A stretch of 34,527 nucleotides of DNA from an uncultured Pirellulales bacterium. Lineage in GTDB: Bacteria; Planctomycetota; Phycisphaerae; Sedimentisphaerales; Anaerobacaceae. The notes under the pieces are model-generated. The model saw only the letters and a list, made by a program, of their open reading frames with translations, was not told where the DNA came from and did not search any database. A program made the translations under genes and the position numbers. Below, in pieces: positions 18,483 to 25,640 of this stretch. Location: NCBI GenBank assembly GCA_964653945.1, contig CAZZHL010000001.1:1-34527 (forward strand), given 5' to 3'. Numbering within the stretch: the stretch's first letter is position 1; each line of letters opens with the position of its first letter.

Positions 18483-20057
18483 ATGGGATTTGAACTTGAT
18501 ATTTTTAACTCGGCTGAGGCGGGCGGTTCGACGTTGCTCACCACGGGTGAACCCAATGCGGATTTTCTCGACTGGCTTGTTGATGAGCACTCGGCCGATA
18601 TACAGAAGCACTTTACGAAGCTGTGGGAATACTATGCAAATCCGACGTATGAGCTAAACGACATAAGCGGCTACGACAAAAGGGCGAGTGAGTCGGGCCG
18701 CTGTTATGTGCAGGCGCAGGAGTACGGGCTGCCTGCGAGGATAACGGGCCTGGTGCATTGCAGCGATGCCGGAGTCTTCGGCGGCCGGGCGGTCAAAGAT
18801 GTGCAGCGAAAAGAGGCGGTTGTTGAAAATGATATTGCCTGGCGAATAAATGCAGCGGTTGATTTTTTGTTCGGTAAACCAATTAGTTTTGTATCGAGGT
18901 CGCCGGATAGCCAAAAACGCACAGAGATTGAGGCCATATTAAAGGCGGTTTTTGCGGCTAACGGCGGAATCGGATTTTTCCAGGATATGGCGGTGCTCGG
19001 AGGTGTTTACGGTTTTGTCGACTGCCTAATCAGGCCTGGCACAGATATCTTAGAACGCACTTCGTCTTCCTTCTCTTCCTCCTCACCCTCTAAAAAAACT
19101 TCGTTCGAAGATGTGCTGCAATTGGCACGGACAATCGGCCTTGAGCTGATTGAAGCACCGAGAGCACTGCCTGTTCTGGATGAGAACGACTACAAAAAAA
19201 TAAGGTTCTACGTGCAGCACTTCTACCAGAAGAGAAATGCGATGACCAGGAAGAACTCTTTTCTTTCCAACCTGTTTACGCGGGGCAAGCAAAGCGGCGA
19301 TACCCGGCAGGTGGTAGCGGTAACGGAGATTACTTCGGACTCGGCCTGGCAGAGATATGAAGACAAACAGCTCGTTGCGGAGGGTGAATGGCCGTGGGGA
19401 TTTCTGCCGGTGGTGCATATCCAGAATATTGCTCAGCCATATTATTACGAGGGGCTGAGTGATGTGGAGCCGCTGATGCCGCTGCAGGATGAGCTTAATA
19501 CGAGACTCAGCGACAGGGCAAACAGGATTACATTCCAGTCATTCAAGATGTATCTGGGAAAAGGCATAGAGGGCTTTGAGGACAGGCCCATCTCGCCGGG
19601 GCGGATGTGGTACACGGATAACATGGAAGCGACCATCGAAGAATTCGGGGGAGATGCAGCAGCGCCGAGCGAGGCCCTGCATATCGCAGAAGTAAGAGAG
19701 GCGATGGATAAGGCAAGCGGAGTGACGCCTGTTATGGCCGGGATTCTCAAAGGCAAGCTTGGCAACCTGACGAGCGCGGTTGCTCTTCGACTAACGCTTA
19801 TGGGAATGCTTTCAAAGACCGAACGGAAAAAATTTGCATACAGCGAAGGGCTGAAAAAAATCTGCCGGCTTGTCCTGTCAATACTCGATAAGGCCGACAT
19901 TTACAGGACCTCTGAGTGCCAAAGAGAGGTAGATGTTATTTTCCCCAACCCGCTGCCGGAAAATATGATGGAAAAACTAAAAGAGGCCCAGCTCAAAAAA
20001 GAACTGGGCGTACCAGCTGAGCAGGTGCTCAGAGAATTAGGATATGAGAGTTTATAG
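18483..20057 (+). CDS. Phage portal protein (SPP1 Gp6-like type)
   Basis: ATG at 18483 with GGAG at 18472-18475; the ORF track starts at TTG 18477. About 524 aa. The block GLSDVEPLMPLQDELNTRLSDRANRITFQSFKMY is portal-like. A scaffold-like gene and a capsid gene follow. Confidence 0.8.
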   Translation: MGFELDIFNSAEAGGSTLLTTGEPNADFLDWLVDEHSADIQKHFTKLWEYYANPTYELNDISGYDKRASESGRCYVQAQEYGLPARITGLVHCSDAGVFGGRAVKDVQRKEAVVENDIAWRINAAVDFLFGKPISFVSRSPDSQKRTEIEAILKAVFAANGGIGFFQDMAVLGGVYGFVDCLIRPGTDILERTSSSFSSSSPSKKTSFEDVLQLARTIGLELIEAPRALPVLDENDYKKIRFYVQHFYQKRNAMTRKNSFLSNLFTRGKQSGDTRQVVAVTEITSDSAWQRYEDKQLVAEGEWPWGFLPVVHIQNIAQPYYYEGLSDVEPLMPLQDELNTRLSDRANRITFQSFKMYLGKGIEGFEDRPISPGRMWYTDNMEATIEEFGGDAAAPSEALHIAEVREAMDKASGVTPVMAGILKGKLGNLTSAVALRLTLMGMLSKTERKKFAYSEGLKKICRLVLSILDKADIYRTSECQREVDVIFPNPLPENMMEKLKEAQLKKELGVPAEQVLRELGYESL

Positions 20058-20063
20058 TTCATT

Positions 20064-20098
20064 GTTCATAGTTCGTTGTTCGTCGATGAACTATGAAC
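20064..20098 (+). terminator. Perfect 11-bp hairpin after the portal gene
   Basis: GTTCATAGTTC (20064-20074) pairs with GAACTATGAAC (20088-20098). No clear U-tract follows. Confidence 0.3.
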
Positions 20099-20126
20099 TC
20101 AAAACTATGAACATAAAGGGGTTTTA

Positions 20127-20660
20127 ATGAGTCAGATTGACACAGAAGAAAATGTTCTGTCAGAGACAGAAGAGTCGGCCGGTGACAGCGATAACTTAAA
20201 GCTTGTTCCGGTGGCTGAATCAATCCGCTATCGCAAGAGGGCACAGAGTGCCGAGAAAAAAGCCGAGGTTTTGTCTGAGCAATTGGCACAGACCAGGTCG
20301 CAGCTGACAAAGCTGTCTGAGCAACTCAGCGATGTTCAGACCGAACAGAAACTGATGCGCAGACTTGCTGCTGCCGGAGCGGCCGATATGGAAACGGCTG
20401 TGTTAATTGCCAAAGCAAGACTGAACGGCGAAACGGATACGGATTTGGAAAGTGTTGTTGAGCAGTTGAAAAAAGAAAAGCAATATCTGTTCCACACAGC
20501 CGGAGAAAGTTCAACGGTGAAGATTACTAAAACGGCAGGGGCAAGGCAGCGAGTGACAAGCGGCCAGGCGGTTCTCGAAAGAGCAGCCAAAAAAGCGGCG
20601 ACCACAGGCAATCGAACAGATTTGCAGGAGTATCTGAGACTGCGAAGAAATTTTTTATAG
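20127..20660 (+). CDS. Phage scaffolding-like coiled-coil protein
   Basis: 177-aa acidic, helical, Q/E/K/L-rich ORF between the portal and capsid genes. The call is mainly positional. Confidence 0.55.
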   Translation: MSQIDTEENVLSETEESAGDSDNLKLVPVAESIRYRKRAQSAEKKAEVLSEQLAQTRSQLTKLSEQLSDVQTEQKLMRRLAAAGAADMETAVLIAKARLNGETDTDLESVVEQLKKEKQYLFHTAGESSTVKITKTAGARQRVTSGQAVLERAAKKAATTGNRTDLQEYLRLRRNFL

Positions 20661-20759
20661 AAGAATAGCCACGAAGGCACGAGGTCACAAAGAAAGTAAA
20701 AGTTAGAAAAATTAGTGTCTTTGTGTCTTGGTGGCAAAAAACAAAAGGAGAATCATAAG

Positions 20760-21914
20760 ATGGCTTTTACGGGAAAAGCAACTTATTCAGCGGGAACGAC
20801 TCTGCCGGAGCTTGCAGAGGATGTATCAGATTTAATCGGGATAATTTCGCCTTATGAGACACCATTGCTGGATGCTTTGGGCGACCCGATGAGAGAGGCA
20901 ACGAGCACACATCATGAATGGCTTGAGGATGAGCTTTTGCCTAATAAGGATGCTATCAACGACAATACATGGAGCGACCCGGATTCCGATACAGAGTTTG
21001 ATGTTGACCACGGCAGCAGATTTCGCATAGGCGACCAGATTCAGGTCGAGGGCAGTGAAGAGCTGATGCTCGTAACCGGTATCAGTGGCGATACACTGAC
21101 AGTAGTTCGCGGATATGCGGGCACGACGCCGGAGGACCTTGCTGACAATCTGGTAATCAACATTCTCGGGAATGCGGCTCTTGAGGGGGCGGACAAGCCC
21201 AGCGCCAGATTTACCAATCGTAGCAGATGTGGTAACTACACGCAGATATTTACCGCTGCGGTGGAGGTCAGCGGAACGGATATGGCTGCGAGCCATTTAG
21301 GTTTGTCTGACGAGATGGATTATCAGAAGCAGGAGCGGCTACGTGAGTTGCTTCGCGACCTTGAGAATACGGTTATCAATGGCGGCCAGCCGGCGAGTAA
21401 TCCCGAAGGCAGCGGTTCAGTGCGAAGGTCGATGAAAGGAATATTGAAACACCTTTCAACGAACGTATTCCATACCGGTGACAGCGGTTTTCCAACGGGC
21501 ACCGACCTTAATGAGGCCAAGATTAATTATGTGCTCAGGAAGGTTTGGGAGGCAAGTTCCGGCAACGTGGACCTGATTGTAGTCGGTGGTTTTCAGAAGC
21601 GAAAGATAAACGCCTTTTGCGCTGAGAGCCGGAGCTACGGAGCCGGTGATACTACTTTCACCGATATGATTAGTATTTACGAGAGTGATTTCGGCGTTTG
21701 CAGGATTGTTACTACGCGATGGATGCCACCGCATGCGGCGCTGCTGCTGGATTCGTCCCGCGTCAAAGTGCTGCCATTAGCAGGGCGGAGCTTTCATTTC
21801 AAGCCGTTGGCGAGCAGTGGTGACTATGAGTGCGGCGAGCTGATTGGCGAATATACACTCGAGCTTAAAAATGAAGCGGCACACGGGCTTATTCGCGACC
21901 TGACTACCACTTAA
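20760..21914 (+). CDS. Phage major capsid protein (HK97-fold; resembles the DUF5309/SU10-type coat family)
   Basis: ATG at 20760 with AAGGAG at 20745-20750; the ORF track starts at GTG 20715. The N-terminus TLPELAEDVSDLIGIISPYETPLLDALG...HEWLEDEL matches my recollection of that coat family. Position after portal and scaffold supports the call. Confidence 0.75.
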   Translation: MAFTGKATYSAGTTLPELAEDVSDLIGIISPYETPLLDALGDPMREATSTHHEWLEDELLPNKDAINDNTWSDPDSDTEFDVDHGSRFRIGDQIQVEGSEELMLVTGISGDTLTVVRGYAGTTPEDLADNLVINILGNAALEGADKPSARFTNRSRCGNYTQIFTAAVEVSGTDMAASHLGLSDEMDYQKQERLRELLRDLENTVINGGQPASNPEGSGSVRRSMKGILKHLSTNVFHTGDSGFPTGTDLNEAKINYVLRKVWEASSGNVDLIVVGGFQKRKINAFCAESRSYGAGDTTFTDMISIYESDFGVCRIVTTRWMPPHAALLLDSSRVKVLPLAGRSFHFKPLASSGDYECGELIGEYTLELKNEAAHGLIRDLTTT

Positions 21915-21917
21915 AAA

Positions 21918-21985
21918 CAGCGTACAGCGTGAGGCGTAGAGCGTGCAGTTTTTCTTATACACTGTACGCTATACGCTAACCGCTG
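21918..21985 (+). terminator. Long imperfect hairpin after the capsid gene
   Basis: GCGTAGAGCGTGCAG in the 5' arm pairs with CTGTACGCTATACGC in the 3' arm at 13 of 15 positions. The loop is TTTTTCTTATACA. CAGCG and CGCTG form outer pairs. Confidence 0.4.
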
Positions 21986-22014
21986 AGAAAGAGGGTTAAA
22001 GATGGTTAGTTTCT

Positions 22015-22338
22015 CAAATGATGCGGACATGCGCCCATGGGCCGAATTCACCGCCGCTTGCGGCCTGCTCTCGCCTTTGGCCCCCAGCCGATATATTCAA
22101 GCTTCTCGGAGTCCGCGCCCACATCGGCCTCTGACTTCTTAAGCTCGGCCTTCATCACTTTTACGAGGGCAGCAAGTTTTTCATCCTTTTGCTTGGTGGC
22201 TAAATACTGATAGTGCCTTATCTTCAGCAGCGGTGTCCCGGTATGACTGGGAAAGTCGGCCGGGTGGGCTGCGTAACCGGCGAGCATGGCGTTGGCCAGA
22301 GCCAGAATATCAGCTTCTCGTTTCGGAAATTTAGGCAT
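22015..22338 (-). pseudogene. Truncated, frameshifted copy of the Fn3 paralog family
   Basis: The N-terminal 85 aa (MPKFPKREADILALANAM...EKLEYIGWGPKA) are colinear with 22439..23065. The linker and first half of the Fn3 domain are then deleted. A shifted frame reads RREQAASGGEFGPWAHV, matching ERREQPAGGGEFGPWAQV of 23943..24566, and stops soon after. Confidence 0.65.
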
Positions 22339-22438
22339 TGTTTAGCCCTTAGTATTTAGTCGTTTGTCTTTGCTGCTGTCCGCCATAGTGGACAGCAGCA
22401 ATTCTTTGTCCTATCCACTACTCACTATCTACCATTCA

Positions 22439-23065
22439 CTAAAGAACAACTGAGACTGTATTGCTTGGCAAGCTTTCGCCGCCGGTGTTTATGGCCTTGA
22501 CACGATATTCAAGTTGAACACCACGTGGTTGGTTCATTAGCGTCTCTTTGCTTTCCAGTGCGATGCTGACCTGATGCCAGTTGCAGAACTCGCCGCTCCC
22601 TTCCGGTTGCTGGCGCCGTTCGATTACATAAGTTCTCACATTTCCTCCGGAACCGCGCGTTGGGGATTTCCAGTCCAGTAGAATCGTGCTGGCCCCTTGA
22701 ATAACCGCTTCGAGATTACGCGGCTGGCCCGGTGGGTTGGCAGGTGATGGCGAGGCCTTCGGGCCCCAGCCGATATATTCGAGCTTCTCGGAATCTGCGC
22801 CCACATCGACTTCTGACTTCTTTAGCTCGGCCTTCATCGCTTCTACGAGAACAGCTAATTTTGCATCCTTTTCATCAGTGGCGATCTGAGCTGCGGCCAG
22901 CGCTTCAGTCTGGATATTTTTGGCGGTTAGATACCGATGGCGCCTCATCGTAAGAACCGGTGGGCCGGTATGACTGGGAAAGTCGGCTGGGTGGGCTGCG
23001 TAACCGGCTATCATAGCGTTGGCCAGAGCCAGAATATCTGCTTCTCGTTTCGGGAATTTAGGCAT
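22439..23065 (-). CDS. Helical N-domain + Pro-rich linker + fibronectin type III domain protein
   Basis: 208 aa. PPGQPRNLEAVIQGASTILLDWKSP...VRTYVIERR...LEYRVKAINTGGESLPSN is an Fn3 signature. No signal peptide. Confidence 0.8.
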   Translation of the reverse strand: MPKFPKREADILALANAMIAGYAAHPADFPSHTGPPVLTMRRHRYLTAKNIQTEALAAAQIATDEKDAKLAVLVEAMKAELKKSEVDVGADSEKLEYIGWGPKASPSPANPPGQPRNLEAVIQGASTILLDWKSPTRGSGGNVRTYVIERRQQPEGSGEFCNWHQVSIALESKETLMNQPRGVQLEYRVKAINTGGESLPSNTVSVVL

Positions 23066-23152
23066 AAATTAGTTCTTAGTATTTAGCAGTTAGTCGTTAG
23101 TGTTTTCTGTCTTTGCTTTTCTAATTCAAATTCATCTTTATCTGACATTCTC

Positions 23153-23824
23153 TCAGGATTCAAATCCAAATATTGAATAGTCGACCCGCATATTATTCGT
23201 AAGATCCCAAACCTCATCTCTTTTCCGCTCTAAGTGTGGGTAATGCTCTCTTCTATTCAGGGACATATACAGTATCCCAATTAGATCGTCCTTATTGTTT
23301 TTCAGGTTGTCAGATATTACCTTTGCGATAAACTTTGTAATTTGAATTCCTGCAATGTAAGAAGGATTAGCCGCAGAAGCAAGAAGCACTAGTAGATTGC
23401 TTGCGAAGTCGTCGAATCCCTTATCGTTAACTACCGTCTCTACCCTCTCACCCAGTTTCCGCACGTCCTTGTCTGATTCGATAGCGATAAGTGACCAGTT
23501 AAAATCGTCGGGGATAGTTTTAGATTGATATAGCACGTACCCTGCATCACCGAAAGTCATGACTGAATTGTCCTTGACATTCTCAATTGTCGCGAAGATT
23601 CGCGAACTGGCAACTTGTTGCGTCGCCGCCTTAACGATTTCTCGTTTTCGTGCCTCATCGTTAGAAGATAGAAGCTCATCTATGTCAGGAAACGAGAAAT
23701 CACCCCTTGTGATGAAACTTAACAGCTTCACTTCTGCTTTATCAGGTCCGACTAAAATGAACTGCGGACTTTCCATGTTGTCTGTGATTTTCAGCTTGTT
23801 AATTCTAAAATAGAACATTTTCAT
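23153..23824 (-). CDS. Orphan hypothetical protein
   Basis: 223-aa ORF, visibly more AT-rich than both flanking Fn3 genes. No recognisable motif, no TM segment, no signal peptide. Start at 23824 or 23818. Confidence 0.65.
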   Translation of the reverse strand: MKMFYFRINKLKITDNMESPQFILVGPDKAEVKLLSFITRGDFSFPDIDELLSSNDEARKREIVKAATQQVASSRIFATIENVKDNSVMTFGDAGYVLYQSKTIPDDFNWSLIAIESDKDVRKLGERVETVVNDKGFDDFASNLLVLLASAANPSYIAGIQITKFIAKVISDNLKNNKDDLIGILYMSLNRREHYPHLERKRDEVWDLTNNMRVDYSIFGFES

Positions 23825-23942
23825 TTCCTTAATAGGCGTAAAGTTCGTTTACACTTAAATACTCAAACGCCACCGAAAGGCGCAAAGTATCCTTTATCTG
23901 TGCCTTCGGATACTCACTATTCACTAATCGCTATTCTCTATC

Positions 23943-24566
23943 TTACAGCACGACTGCGGCTGTGTTAGACGGGATACTTTCACCACCGACGTTGACGGCT
24001 TTTATGCGGTATTCAAGTTGTGGGCCTCGCGGCTGGTTTATCAACGTGGTTTCTGTTTCCAGTGCTATACTGACCTGCGCCCACGGGCCGAATTCACCAC
24101 CACCGGCTGGTTGCTCTCGCCTTTCGATAACGTAGGTTCGCACTGTCCCACCGGAACCACGGGCAGGTGCTTTCCAGTCTAAAAAGATCGTACCGGGCCC
24201 CTGGATAATAGGGTCGAGATTACGCGGCTGGCCGGGCGGGTCGGCAGGAGTAGGAGTCGCCTTCGGGCCCCAGCCGATATATTCGAGCTTCTCAGAGTCG
24301 ATTCCCACATCGACCTCGGATTTTTTCAGCTCATCTCTCATCCTCTCTTCGAGGTCATCGAGCTTCAGGTTTTTTTCCTCGGTAGCGACCTGAGCGGTGC
24401 CCATCGCATCTGTCTGTGTCGTCTTGGCTGTACTGTAGTCGGTAAGTACCGTAGTCAGCGAGGCCGCATCAGAGCTGGGAAAATCCGCTGCGTGTGCCGT
24501 ATAACCGGCGACCATTGCGCTGGCGAGCGCTGTTATATCTGCTTCTGCTTTTGGAAACTGAGGCAT
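23943..24566 (-). CDS. Fn3-domain protein, paralog of 22439..23065
   Basis: 207 aa, colinear over its whole length with the 208-aa paralog. Shared blocks include EKLEYIGWGPKA, PPGQPRNL, VRTYVIERR and LEYR(V/I)KA(I/V)N.GGES.PSN. Confidence 0.8.
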   Translation of the reverse strand: MPQFPKAEADITALASAMVAGYTAHAADFPSSDAASLTTVLTDYSTAKTTQTDAMGTAQVATEEKNLKLDDLEERMRDELKKSEVDVGIDSEKLEYIGWGPKATPTPADPPGQPRNLDPIIQGPGTIFLDWKAPARGSGGTVRTYVIERREQPAGGGEFGPWAQVSIALETETTLINQPRGPQLEYRIKAVNVGGESIPSNTAAVVL

Positions 24567-24666
24567 AATTCACACTTCCTTTCTGCTTTTCTAAATTCTC
24601 GTTTTTCTGTTAATCTCTATATAGACTCTCCGCCTTTTCGGATCTTCCGATACCGTTTTCTAACGA

Positions 24667-25130
24667 CAAAGTAAACTGACTTAGACCTTCCGCAGCGCGC
24701 CCAGGCGTAAAGTAAACCGACTTCGCCGTTTCGCTGCGTGCGCAGCCACAAAGTAAATTGACTTAGACGCAAAGTAAATTTACTTAGCCATGAAGTAAAT
24801 TGACTTAGTCGTTCCGCAGCGTGCGCAGTCGCAAAGTAAACTCACTTTTTCTCCGGCGGGGGCCAAAAAGGCCGTTTTAGCCGTAATTTCTAACAAATCG
24901 GCGAAATGTCACTTAGGGCTGACTGTTATTGCGATGAGGTGACGATGTTATGGCACTGATGGCGAAGTTTTATCCAACTACTACTTCGACGAAGCTCAAC
25001 ATATGTGCGTTATGCAGCGTACGCAGGCGCGAAGCAAGTTCACTTAGTTGCAAAGTGAATTGGCTTAGTCGTGGCTCAAATTGACTTCGCCGTTACCCAG
25101 TGTGTGCATCTGCAAAATAAACTTGCTTCG
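24667..25130 (+). repeat. Two clusters of phased 18-nt iteron-like direct repeats (consensus CAAAGTAAAYTGACTTAG)
   Basis: Copies start at 24667, 24708, 24749, 24770, 24791 and 24832 (spacings 41, 41, 21, 21, 41). A second cluster starts at 25030, 25051, 25072 and 25113 (spacings 21, 21, 41). Wherever the spacing is 41 nt, the gap holds a GC-rich near-palindrome of the CGCAGCGYGCGCAG type, degenerate in cluster B. Confidence 0.85.
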
Positions 25131-25640
25131 CCTCGGCGAGGCTATAAAAAGTCCCCCCCAAAGGGACAGGTATATAAGAGCTATGGATTGATTAAGTGTC
25201 CATAAGAAAACAGCGGTTTTTCTGCAGAGGTGACGATGTTATGGCACTATGAGCGAAAATTTTCTTTTTGAGTGGTTCTTTTATCCAACTACTGCGTTAC
25301 ACAGCCCCGCCCGATGCTCGACGTACTACAGTACGCCTCCGCTCGGTCGAAACTGCAAGCCTTGTATTTGGAGTAAAATCCCTCACTCAAAAGGGGGCAT
25401 ACTGTTTTCGGCGAGATGCGAGATGCGAACGACGCTTGTCCGCCATAGCATCGGCGAAGGCGGAAGTGACGAATATGCCACAGATTGCACAGATTACGCA
25501 GAGAATTGGTTAATCCCAACAAAAAGATTCGGGACAAGTTAGTGATTTGGTGAGGTGGGAACTTATTCAAGAGGCTTGCCAGCAGATTCAAATCCTTTTG
25601 AGCCGTTCGACCGGGGGACCGACACAAATCGAGTCGGACT

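Noticed and set aside
22015-24566. A diversity-generating retroelement acting on the Fn3 paralogs
   Set aside because: No reverse transcriptase and no template/variable repeat pair with adenine-specific differences are visible in the window.
25249-25542. 97-aa and 81-aa ORFs upstream of the array
   Set aside because: The composition is not protein-like and they read through a REP-like element (LVRHSIGEGGSD). The only support is that the start region is duplicated at 24936-24982, which is better explained as a repeated non-coding module. A short conserved peptide (..FYPTT..) cannot be excluded.
25576-25595. Possible fossil repeat upstream of repeat 1 (TTGCCAGCAGATTCAAATCC versus TTGACAGTTCAAGCAATCC)
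   Set aside because: It aligns only with indels, and the implied spacer length (about 35 nt) is off-period. It is mentioned only as weak support for array polarity.
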